From the human T2T-CHM13v2.0 reference genome, Homo sapiens, in NCBI RefSeq assembly GCF_009914755.1, contig NC_060942.1: a stretch of 64,000 bases of DNA; one strand, written 5' to 3'. Made by a program: the position numbers and the translations under genes. The first letter of the stretch is position 1. The number at the start of each line of letters is the position of its first letter. This document shows positions 43,080-55,357 of the stretch, one piece after another. A model generated the notes under the pieces. That model worked only from the letters and a program-made list of their open reading frames with translations. It was not told where the DNA came from and ran no database searches.

Positions 43080-45914
43080 ACCAGCTAACTTTTTAACCTA
43101 GTACCAGAGGTTTCCAGGGGCCCCAAAGACACTTCTCAGGACTTCAAGGATCTTTGGTAAGACTCCTTTAACTTTAGCTTTATTTTAAGCACACACAATG
43201 CCAAAGAAGAATAAGTATAAAATTAAACTGAAAACCAAAAGAGACATTGATCCTAATATCTCTTTCTTATTTCTTCTTTAAATGTATCATTAACCATTAG
43301 TTTAAGTAAGTTAACACGATTTTACTTGGAGTTCATGATTCTTTTCATCAGACAAAGTCAAAACACCAGACTACTACTTTTAATAACATAAAACCCCAAT
43401 AAATTTAAAATACTTGTTTTAAAAGGTGCACACAGCCTTCTCCTAAAAGAAAATATGGTAAGGAACCACAAAGAATGCGACAGAGCAGCAGGGGAAAGAG
43501 ATGACACAAGGGTGAAATGGGTACACAAACTCAAAATCACCTACGCTAATAAAGAAAGAAAAAAGTACCCTGCTGAAGCTTTTTCTAGATGAAGGGCTTA
43601 AAGTAAAATACCCAGAGTCTTTTTGTAACCGTGTTGTTTTTATTTTGTTTTGCTTTGGCATGAGCCTTTCTTCTTGCCAGATTTGAAATGCCTCACTCTT
43701 CCAACTACCCTGATGCCTTCAGATTCAACAATGACACATTTGAATCTCATATAGTCTCTAACTTCCTGCAAAAAGAAACAAAACCAGCTTCTGTAGTTCC
43801 ATGCTCAATCTTAAACCGAGCCTCAAGGACTCCCTTCTTCCATTTTACATAAGAAAGATACTACACACAAATATTTTTAATATCCAGCTAATCAAGCACT
43901 AATTTCTCGATAGTAAAGCAACTTTAAAACTGCTAAAAAAAAAAAATCCACTCTGGAGGAAAACAAATTATTTGAAAACATTTCTGTGTAGTCTTTAGTA
44001 CATAATGACCAGGTATACTGAAAACTGCTTCTCAGACAAGACAGCTACAATAAGAAATAAAACCAATTTTTGAACCTAGGATTTAGACATTTGGACATTT
44101 GCGAAAGAATCTGGCTCCTCTTTACTAAATAAGTCTATGTAGTCTTAGTAGCACAGTTAGAAAGCATTAGTTTCCCCAAGCAAAGAAAAATCTGCGGCTA
44201 AATGCCTTTGTATTAACGATATCATACTAATACTTACACCAACTGTTTGTATTTTTTCAGCCATTTTAGACAGTGCCAGTCAAATTGCAACATTTCTGAA
44301 TTGGACACCTAAAGTTAACTATCTCAACAATTGCTGAGGCATTAGCTTAGGGGGAAAGTGTTTTGTTTGAATCAGGAAACACTGGCTTGCTGCAATGTAG
44401 CAATACTCACTTTCACATTTTGAGAAGGTAAACCCCAACCTCATTCACAAAAATCAATACAATATTATCATTCAATTCTCTTTACTAGTGACTTTGGACT
44501 TGCTTTTTTCTTTTTTTTTTTTTTTTTAATTTAGGAAATTCCTCTCCTTAACTGCAATCATATATTTGAAAGACAAGGACAATTGGATTTGTCTAAAGTT
44601 TGCCAAAATTAATCGAAACATTTTGGGCATTTAATATTCCACTAAACAGATTTATTTCACCCAGGAACATGAAAAAATGTTGGGTTTTTTCTTTCTTTTT
44701 CCCTTCAGCAGCTCCAAATGGCTGTCAAACTGGGAATCAAACTGCCATTAAAAAGAAAAATAATTTGAAAACAAATGAAAACAGATTTTTTTCTTTTCTA
44801 AGTGGAAAAGTCTACATTTGTAAGAAATGATCCCACTTAGGAAGATAAGAAAGCATTTTCAAAACAACTGCCTTGGTAACATGATGACTCAGGAAAAGAG
44901 AAATTTTAAAAAAAGAAAAATCCTATAACATAAGGCACAAATTTGTATAATGAAAGATCACAGCAAAAAAAAAAAAAAGAGGCTGTGATTTATACCTTAT
45001 GAGCTATTATAAACTACAAGAAAATTTATGTATAATTGAAAAAAAGGAATTCATTGTGTCTTCCCCTAGTTGGTCTAATAAATTTTAAAATACATACAAC
45101 CCTAAATGTCGAAGGTTCCTTCATCCTGATAAACAAAACAAGAAAAGCCACACAACCAAAAATAAACTATAAAAATAGATCATTATTGATTTAGTTCCAT
45201 TTCTGTAACACTTTCCTTAAGGAATTTGAAACAAAGATAATATAAGAGCATCATTTGTTTTAAATTTTTTAACTGCACTTTTCATTTCCTAGGACACAAA
45301 ATAATTCCTTAGGTGTCCATATGAGTCTAATGTTTTTCTTTAGTTTTAATACAATCTCTCCAAAAGCCAGGTTTTAAAAATGTACTTTTTCCTACAGAAT
45401 GACCACCTCACCAAATGTGCATTCAATCTGCATGTATCTGCAGACAAGTAATAAAGACACGAGTGCCATTAGCATAATCAATACACAATTTACAGAGCTA
45501 CCCAGATAGAACTAAAAGTGAACGTGTACGCCATTATCATAGTAACTGTAAATTAATAGTTGTTCGTGGAAATGTGTTCCCACTTATATTGTCTCAATCT
45601 CGACTTGTCAGGATAATGTGACCACATATTATATATTTGTATAGTATTTATGTATATAATGTAGCATATACATATACAAATCTATACATATGTATATATA
45701 CATATATACTAGAGTAGTATATATTTTATCGTATAATGCTATATGTAAACATATTTTCAAATGATTATTTCCAGATAATCTCCAAATATGCATAAAGTAA
45801 TATCAACGAAATCAATCACACATAGGAGGAAATGGCTGATAAATAAACACCTATATTTATTTGTTTTGCTTTTTTACTATGTAGTTTAATAAGCATGTGG
45901 TTTAATAAGGACAC

Positions 45915-45915
45915 A

Positions 45916-45954
<39 letters not shown>

Positions 45955-45980
45955 CACACATATATATATGTAAATATATA
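45915..45980 (+). repeat. Compound (CT)n(AT)n microsatellite
   Basis: Read directly. A TA-rich low-complexity tract also lies at about 45625-45750. Confidence 0.9.
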
Positions 45981-47059
45981 CGCGGAGGGAGCATATTCTC
46001 AGAGGGTGGGCAGAAGGGCCAGGGCTCATCTTACTTTTAAAAGAGAATAATAAGGAAAATAATCTGGTCAATTCCGCTGTTGCTGTTTGTATTTTTTTAA
46101 AATCCAACACATTTGAAACCTTACATTTAGCCAACACTACCCAAAAAAAAAGTACATCCTGTCTCTGAAATACCATCTCTAGGATGTCAGAATTGGAGTA
46201 ATTTTTTTCAGAAACAGTGACAGGTCATGCCCAATTGCCTCCACAGAAGGTATCAATGCCACACCAGTCCTTGGGACAACCTATCCCTGCAATGGGTATG
46301 TCCATCTTTCACAGCCATGAAGAAAAACTGTATCAAATGTAATATATTTCGAACAAAAGAAAACAGGGATAATTTCAGGATGGTAAAGTGCCTTAATCTG
46401 CCAGTGGGAAATATGAATTTGTTTCTCCTCTATCTGCTTCATGGTGTGTTTAATACAGGCAGTGTGGTATTACCAGGGGCTAGTCAGCCCAAAGCCAGGT
46501 GCACTGCTATAGTCTTTGCAGGCACAACCATCACTCACTTCTTCCCAGAAGTCAAGCTGGTGGGCTCCACCCAAGCAAATCTCTTGACCTTTGAGTAACA
46601 GCACGGAGAAGAAAGACCTTTGAAAGTCTACTCAACCTCTACAAGGCAGTAGTTCCAAGATTTCACCAGCAATGAAGAAAACATTCCAGCACCCCCTTGC
46701 CACCACCACTAAAATATCTCCCAGATCAGCTTCCAGAGGCATTCAATTTTTTTTAATCAGAAGACAAAGCCTTTAATTATACAATTACAGATTTGTCAGG
46801 ATTCCACTGCTTTTAATGCTACCATACTTTTTCTTGGAGAAGTAACTTTCTCTTAGAGGCAGAAGAGTAGAAAAGGAGAGGGAACTCAGATCTAAATGCC
46901 TGAAGTCAAAAGGAACATCAGAGGAGAGATCTGGTGGCCAGTGGATTAATTATTTCTACATCTTGATTTGGTTTATGACGAGTCTTGGCTTCTTCATTTG
47001 AAAAGTATGGGATGAAAGATGCCCACTTTCAAGTTCTTTTTCTGCTTCAGCCATACTAA

Positions 47060-48010
47060 CTGGATGGGCCCAGTGTATGTGACTCAGTTTTCTCACCTAT
47101 AAAATGAGAGCAATGATAACTGACAAAGGATACATTTAAAGCCAAAGGAAGACACAGTGTCTTTTGAAACGTTAAACAGGTGCCCACACATAAGGTATTT
47201 GTCAAAAATAGTGAACTCAACTCTCCTCCAGCTCCATTACCCACCTTTTATTGTAGATAATGGTTACTAAGAGTTGAATATAAAAGTTCACACAATTCCT
47301 CTTAGGCTTTCTCCAGAAGGGGAAATATTTTCTTCTCTACACAAAAAGGCAAAGCAGCCGCAATACTGAGTGCCACCCCTAGAGACTTTGCAAACGAGGT
47401 AAACATAAAGAGGATAAAACATGCAGGCCTCCCCAGCTTCCCAGAGAACTTCATCCAGAATAGAAAGCTATTACCAGTTAGTGATTTGCTAAGAGCCAGA
47501 CATCCATTAAGCACCTTATGTTTGTTTGTTAATATGACAGTCCTGCAAGGTCTATTCCTAACATTTTACTGGTAAGAAAACTGAGGTTTAGTAAGGTTCA
47601 ATAACATGTAGCTTGTTAATAGTGTGCAGGATTCAAACACAGGTCCACCAGGCAGCGGGTCCCTTGTGTCTACTCATTGTGACATGCCGATTGTGCACAC
47701 AGGACCAAAGCACTGAGACATTCCACTGCTCAGACTAGAATAAGGAAGGTGATGCTCTCAGAGCAGTGAGCCTGTAATTTTTGCTTTCAGAAAAAGTCTG
47801 AGAGGGTTGGAAAAGTCACTTTTCCTCCCATCACCTAAAATGTGTATAGCCATGAAAGGTAGTTCCTAGAATTATAAATCAAGAGACTGAGACTCCTCCC
47901 TAGTCTGTCACAAAGTCATGGTGTGACCTGGAATACGTAACTTAAGGTCTTTGGGTCTTGGAGACAGCAAGTGGGTCATCTCTAGGGTCTTCCCTGCTCT
48001 AAACTCTCAT
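47060..48010. mobile_element. Cluster of MIR/MIR3 fragments
   Basis: ctcagttttctcacctataaaatgag (+, about 47082); attttactggtaagaaaactgaggttta (-, about 47563); MIR3-like end at about 47990. Confidence 0.6.
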
Positions 48011-49484
48011 GATCTGTATCCTCTCCTGTCCTCAAAACACTCTGTACCTCGCCTAACCAGATGTCCATCCCCAGCCCTGGCTGACCTTTCGGGAAACTAA
48101 ACTAGCACCCGCACCCAATACCCTTTTAAAAGTGTTTTCCAGAATATCTATATTAAGCGATCCCAAAGTGAAATTTCCTTTGTCACTTTCTATCATTTAA
48201 AGATATTCCACTCATTAAAAGTGGCCTCGCTCAATCCTCTTGGCTCTCCCCACTCTGATTTTCATTACTAATTCTCTCACTTCATTTAGCATTAAGGTTG
48301 AAGAAAAAAGTATAAATGGCTATTTGAAAGTCATCTGATTGGATATATTAAGGTTTTAGACTTTGTCGGTATAGAAAGACAACTTTATGACAGTTTACAT
48401 TTAGTTAAAGTTAAAAGAAAAGATAGTGTCTACGAAGAGTATCACCGGACAAGTGAATGCCAAGGTCAACCAGCGAGCGCGGACAGAGGCTGGGCTTCTA
48501 AAGCCCAAAGGGCCAGCAGAGTCAAGCAATCTGGAAGTGGGGCCTGGGTGATTTCACAAACTGAAGAGAGAAAGACTTGAGATTGAACAAGCAAGGGAAG
48601 TTAAGGGGAAATTAAAACAACCTGAACAGTTAGGATTTACTGCAGAAAGAATAAAGAAGAAACCAAGAGGAAAGCAATGTCAATCTGCCCCAAAATAAGG
48701 TCTCAAATAAAATTAAAGCACCGGCTAGACACAGCCAGGCATGGATGGGAGTTAACCGCCAGTCAGCAGACCATTCCTGTATTCTCCTTCCACATTCAAT
48801 CTCTATACCCACATGTGCTTCTAGACAACACAGAATCTCTCTCTGAAGCCAAGAAGAAAATGCTTGTAGACAAATTTACTGATGACTGAGGTGATGCAGA
48901 AAATCATCCCCTCGTTCCACTAATTCTTTTGTAAACCCAAGCCCAGATTTATCTTTTTAATTTAAGGATTATTAATAAATCTGCTATGATTAAACTTTCA
49001 TAATGATATGTGAATTATTTGTCTCCAGTTCCTCTCCCAAGAACAATTAGACTACCTTTGTAAATTAGCACTGGCCCTTTTGCAAAGAACCTAAAAGACA
49101 CCAATCCGACTTACCAAAAAAAGATGGCAGAGGTGCTAAAATTAATTAGCTTCACTTTATGCTTCCATTATCTTTTAATTGGAATTTCTGCAGTAATTTT
49201 TCTTTCTTAATTCTATCTACGTTGGCAAAGCAAAGTTAGATTTTGGACTGGATCAATGCATTGGCCAGGGTGAAGGTACCTGTCGTGGCAGACTGAACTC
49301 GGCAAAGACTTTGTGAGAATCCCTCTAGCCCCCCCAAAACAGGCTTCAGAAAGGGCTATGTGCTACCACACAGGTACGTAAAAATTCCCAATCTTCAACC
49401 ACAGCAAGAAGGAACTTTCTAGAATAGAAAAGAGTTGTATGCTATGGGGTGTACAAAAGTGAGAAAACCTTTGAGAGTAAAAAG

Positions 49485-49712
49485 AAACATTTACCAGGCA
49501 CTTCATATCTACCAGACACTATTCTAAGAGCTTACACTAATTAACTCTTAATTCTCACAAGAGCTCTTTGAATTAGGTACTAGTAGGACCCTCATTTACA
49601 GATGGAGAAACTGTAGTACAAGGTGATTTAATAACTTGCCCAAGGTCAATCAGATTAGAATTTCAACCCAGAGAGTCTAGTTTAACACCCATGTTCTTAA
49701 CCACTACACTAT
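49485..49712 (-). mobile_element. MIR
   Basis: ctcatttacagatggagaaactgtag...taacttgcccaaggtca...atttcaacccag core. Confidence 0.8.
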
Positions 49713-49859
49713 ACTTCCCCCATTTAATAAATGTTTGCTAAGCACCTACTATATTCCCAGAAATATTCTGCGAGGTTGGGGACACAGAGATGGAGGTGGG
49801 GGAACAAGACACTGCAGCCAGTGTAATGGGGAACACAGAATGAAAAGAAAGATTAGGAA

Positions 49860-50600
49860 AAAATCCTTTCTATAATATGTCAGACACAAGATCTATTAGT
49901 TACAAGGGAAAGCGCTGACAATACCAAAAATAAAAATTTAGAAGTTCTGTATGGCAAAAGAGAAAAAACTACCACCCACAGAGTCAAAAGGCAAACTGGG
50001 GAAAATATTTGCAACACATAAGTCAGGCAAAGAGCTAATTTTCTTAATAATATGAGCTGCTCTTTCAAACCAGAAGATAAAAAACCCAAGGAAATAGAAA
50101 GGCAATTCACAGAAAAATAAATACAAATAGTTTATAAACAATTGAAATGATGCTCAATCTACCTCATAATTACAGCAATGCTAATTAAAATGTCAATTAA
50201 ATACCAGTTTGTTTTTTCACAAGTCGCATTAGTAAGGATGAAGTATTTAAACACAGGCACTCTCTAACCCTGCTGCCAACTGCAGTGTGAATTGGTCTTA
50301 CTTCTTTGGAGGGCACACTGGCGGTATCCATTAAAATTTTAAATGCACATTATCTTTAACCAGCAATTCCATTTTTAGGAATTGATCCCATGTATATAAA
50401 ATCATACATATCAGCAAGAATGTATGCATGCTTCCTGCAACACAGATAAGTAACTAAAAAGAAACACCCTGATGACCAGCAGCTGGGGATGGACTAGACA
50501 ACAGCCCATCATACAATGGATACTGCAAAGTCATTAGAATAAAGGGGAGAGATCATAAGTGCTTATATGGAAGGGCTGCTAGGAAATATATTTAGGAAGG
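49860..50600 (+). mobile_element. L1ME-like ORF2/3' fragment
   Basis: gtcaaaaggcaaactggggaaaatatttgcaaca, ggcaattcacagaaaa, cagcaattccatttttaggaat. Confidence 0.75.
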
Positions 50601-50876
50601 AGGACAACATAGAGACCTCCCGCTTTTGTTTGGGGAAAAGAAAAAACACTCACATATATACATCACAATTTAAGATTGGCCCAGTTAGCTCCCTGGGTAC
50701 ATTACCCCAGCTAGCTATACTCACTGTCTCTGTCTAACCATGGAACAGATATTTAAGGAACAGTTGGAAGGGGCAACATATAATCGGCCGTCCAGAGTAC
50801 CGATGCATCTCACTCTGACCTTTCTTACAGAATTACGTGGATGGTTAGGGGTTGAATTCAAACAACCTCTCATAGA

Positions 50877-50880
<4 letters not shown>

Positions 50881-50923
<43 letters not shown>
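50881..50923 (+). repeat. (TG)21 microsatellite
   Basis: Read directly. Confidence 0.97.
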
Positions 50924-50926
<3 letters not shown>

Positions 50927-51050
50927 CTACAATTAAGAATAAAGACAACAGAAAAGGCATAGGAAATGTGAGTTGAAAGTGGAAAAAAGTGCTAGTAGAC
51001 ATATTACTGTTTTCACAATCTTTCACAGTTTTTCTACATTTTTTTTTTAA

Positions 51051-51335
<285 letters not shown>

Positions 51336-51839
51336 CATTTTCTTTTTAATTACAGAATATACTAATGAATTGTTGATGCACTATCACAGTTTAGTATTTA
51401 CTAACCTCCTTGATGTGAAAATTGTGCTAAGAATTTACAAAGATCATAAGCAGAAACATAATTAGATGACTAACATATATTTTCCTAAATAGCTAAGACA
51501 TAAAATAGAGAACAGTTGTTAAATTGTCTCACAATTCCAGAATGAGTGAGTTGATCAAGTATTTAGAGAGCATTCTAAGGATTAAAACAAACCCAGATAT
51601 TTGAAAGTTAACAGACTTAGGTAATGGAAAACTCAATGAATGTAGCTGTAGGTAGTTTACTTAGAATGGGAAAACCAGCCCCACAATTAAAATATGGCCA
51701 GAACTTGCACAGAAGTTAGCCATGTGCCAATGACACAAAAGGAATACCGTTTGTGTGAACTGAAAGAACACTATTGTTGTAAAACTAAGTAAAATCTAAA
51801 GTTAACATTATGAGAGACACAAAGAGGCACATAATATGT

Positions 51840-52270
51840 CTTCATAGACTGTTAGTTCCATGAAACCCATGAGCAGTTGGGTCTGACTGGTTCCATATTG
51901 TCTCCCTAGAACCTGACACATACTTGGTGCTCAATAAAAAATCCTTTAGAATGCATGACCATGTTCAGTATCTTTCATTCGAAAACATATGAAACTTCAG
52001 GATTTGCTTGAAAGCGCTTCCTCCAGAATCCTTCCCTGACCTCACTGATATCGCTGTTAAATAGTCTCATTAACATCGGTGCTGTCCCTTCACAGGAATG
52101 GAAATTACTAGCATCTTGTTTATTTAATATGTTTCCACTGTTTGATCATAACTCTACCAGGATATAGACAATATGTCTCCTTCATAGCATTCTCAACTGC
52201 TAGCACTCTTAGACTGCTAAATGACTGGTAAAACACAGTAAATATTTGTTAATTAATCAACTGGCTGAAT
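51840..52270 (+). mobile_element. L2 3' fragments
   Basis: cctgacacatacttggtgctcaataaa and cagtaaatatttgttaattaat termini. Confidence 0.6.
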
Positions 52271-52699
52271 TAATGCATTTGTTTGTGTGTCTACATTTGT
52301 TTGTCTACATTGTAGGTTACGGGGATTCAAAGAAAAGGGACACCAAACTGTTCTCAAAAGGCTTATAGAGAAACCAGGAAATGAAGTGCCACAACTTCTT
52401 TGACATATGGGGTATAAGGGAATAACAGAGATGGGTCACTTTAAGTTAGGTGGGTCAGAAAAAGCCTCTCACAAGATGTGAGATGAAAACAATATTCAAG
52501 CCTTTATCATTACAACACCGACTTGAAAATCCACAATCTAAGCCTAGAAGAGATTCAAAGTGAAGCCATGGACATCACTAAAGGTTTGGGACATGCTGCT
52601 GCAGGAAAAGAATACCAGCATTTGGGCAAATAGATGAACATGAATTGAAGGTGGCTAGTCAAACTAAATTAAAATGCTGTCTTTAAAGCAACACACTTT

Positions 52700-53017
52700 G
52701 GTAGGTTGTGGTGGCTCACGCCTGTAATCCCAGCACTTTGGGAGGCCAAGGTGTGGATCACTTGAGGTCAAGAGTTTGAGACCAGCCTAGCCAACATGAT
52801 GAAACCCTGTCTCTACTAAAAATACAAAAATTAGCCAAGCGTGATGGTGCGCACCTATACTCTCAGCTACTAGGGAGGCTGAGGTGAGAGGATCGCTTGA
52901 ACCCAGGCAGTGGAGGTTGCAGGGAGCCAAGATAGCACCACTACACTCCAGCCTGTGTGACAGAGTGAGATTCCATCTCGAAAAAATAATAATAATAAAT
53001 AAATAAATAACAAAATC
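52700..53017 (+). mobile_element. AluJ/Sz-like element with (AAT/AAAT)n tail
   Basis: Full dimer. TSD aaagcaacacacttt / aaacaacacacttt. Confidence 0.93.
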
Positions 53018-54459
53018 AAACAACACACTTTGACCTTGGCTCAAATGTTTTGGACGGCCAAAGGTAAATGGGTGGTCTTGATAAGAAATCACAGTGGAAA
53101 GTAAGGCTGTCCAAACTGCGTTTGGAAATTTTTGCCAGTCTTTGATTTTGTTCCATCAGCTATAACTCAGTCAAGTTCACAATTTGAAAGTATGTTTGCC
53201 CCATTAATATGAATTATTGATCAACTTGCAAGAATCACAATTTCTCAACATAAGAATTCTAGGATGTTGGAGCTACAAGGGAACTCAGAAGTCACTGAGA
53301 CCTTTTTTTTGACTGTTAAGAAATGAAGTGATACTGATTCCACTGAAGTTTATTGAGCACTTAGTATAGGGCAGGCAACTGGCTAAGGACTCTCCTAGCC
53401 TAGGGACACAGGGACAAAGATAGAGATAAAAAGCCACCATAGAGGTCTGCCAGCCCATCACACTCATACTGGGTTTTAAATATGCAAATCAGCAAGTATA
53501 AAAAAACAGCTACCTTTAACAGGAGCTATAAAATGGTGTTATTATCTTGTAATGGTTTTATTTTGAAGATTAAAAATTTGGTATAATGATGCAATAGTTA
53601 TGTAAATGACCTATATGATGTTGGAGGAGGCAAAAGGGATTTCATGTTGATCATCTTTTTCTTCGGTCAGTTACACTCCCCACCATCACCATTCATTCCA
53701 GTGCTCACATCTTTGAACACGAAGACCATCAAGACACCCAATATCATTATCCTTAAATTGTCTCACTTAAGATCCATGATTCAGTAAAAGTTTATTTCAA
53801 AGCATTCACCTATCTCTCAGGGGAAAAACAGTCAAACCTGCACACTATGGACTTTTTAGTACCGACTTGCTGCATTCCCTAGTGTTCTACGCCTGCACAT
53901 TTAATGGAATAAGTTCCTTGCAACTTCTTTCACCTCAATTTTGTATAGCAGGGATTCCTAACTGAAGTTTAGTTTTGCTGTTTTTTAATATGAACATCAT
54001 ACACATTCTCCAAGAACCTCCAATCACTTTAAAGGATGCCTTAAATTCTTTAAACAATTTAGAAAATTAATTAGCTTCACCATTGCACGATTAACTTTCA
54101 AAAATGTTATCCAGAACTTTTAGGAGGGGTAAAAGATATTGCAACATCACTGACCTAAGTACAAAAGAGTGGGAAGTAAAAGTTCTATATACTGTGCTTA
54201 GTTGTTTCAGTTCAAGTGGACATATTTCCCTTTAGATTATAAGAGAAAAACAAAGCTAGCAATGCTTAAAAAGTATAGTTCATCAAACTTTCGGTGCCAA
54301 AAATGTTTTTGAGACTCATTTTGTCTAACTGCTTCATCTGACCCAACTCACAGAAAAAGTTAACATACCATACACATGTACGTCCTTCTCCTCACCTGCA
54401 GAGCTTTCTTCCAAAAACTAAAAAGCAATGGAAAGTATGTAGACTCTCATCCAGTTTTC

Positions 54460-54690
54460 TAGACTATAAGCTCCATAAGAGCAAGGCTTATATATCTGTT
54501 TGGTTCACAGCTGAATCCTCAGAACTTAGTACAGTGCCTGGGATAAGACGGGCATCAAAAACCAAAACACAACAAAACAAAAACCCCCAGAACTTGTTAA
54601 ATGATGAATAAGCTTCCTCATTTTAGTGACAGAAAGTCTAAATCCTAGAGTACAGAGGGTAAATGGCTTGCCAAAACACACAGCAAATCA
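54460..54690. mobile_element. L2 3' end (+) abutting a MIR fragment (-)
   Basis: ctagactataagctccataagagcaagg...agtacagtgcctgg, then cattttagtgacagaaag...taaatggcttgccaaaacacacagc. Confidence 0.6.
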
Positions 54691-55030
54691 GAGTATGCCC
54701 CCGTGCTCTTCCTGCTCTGCAACCATTTCCCTACAAGCACTAGTATCCAAGTCACAATACTTATGACCATAACTGTTTGTTTTTATTTTCAACTCTTTCC
54801 AGGAATTAATATGCACTCCCTTGAGCCCACAGTTCTTCTTAACCCTTGCCTCATGTCTGCAAAACATCATACAACTTTGCAAGTTGCACACTGACAACCC
54901 CAAACCCCCCTATGTATAGGAACTTCAGACTCCATACATCAGCATTCAAGCAATGATTCTGTTTTGGCTTCATTAGTACTTGGTAGATCAATGTTTGTGA
55001 AGACTTTACAGCCTTTTTCCTTTTCTTTCC

Positions 55031-55357
55031 TTTGTTTTTTTTTTGTTTGTTTGTTTGTTTGTTTGTTTTGAGACAGAGTCTCGCTCTGTCGCCCAGGCTG
55101 GAGCCTGGAGTGCAGTGGAGCCATCTTGGCTCACTGAAAGCTCCGCCTCCCAGGTTCCCGCCATTCTCTTGCCTCAGCCTCCCAAGTAGCTGGGACTACA
55201 GGCGCCCGTCACCACGCCCGGCTAATTTTTTGTATTTTTAGTAGAGACGGGGTTTCACCGTGTTAGCCAGGATGGTCTCGATCTCCTGACCTCGTGATCC
55301 GCCCGCCTCGGCCCCCCAAAGTGCTGGGATTACAGGCGTGAGCCACCGCGCCTGGCC
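55031..55357 (-). mobile_element. AluY with a 7-nt tandem duplication and (TTTG)n tail
   Basis: AluY diagnostics (ccgccattct, caccgtgttagccaggatggtctcgatctcctgacctcgtgatccg). Duplication visible as ggctggagcctggagtgc. Confidence 0.94.

Noticed and set aside
53815-53824. EBF-like site TCTCAGGGGA (and other near-matches) as an EBF1-ZNF521 feedback element
   Set aside because: Short degenerate motif with many near-matches in the window; cannot be singled out without ChIP data.
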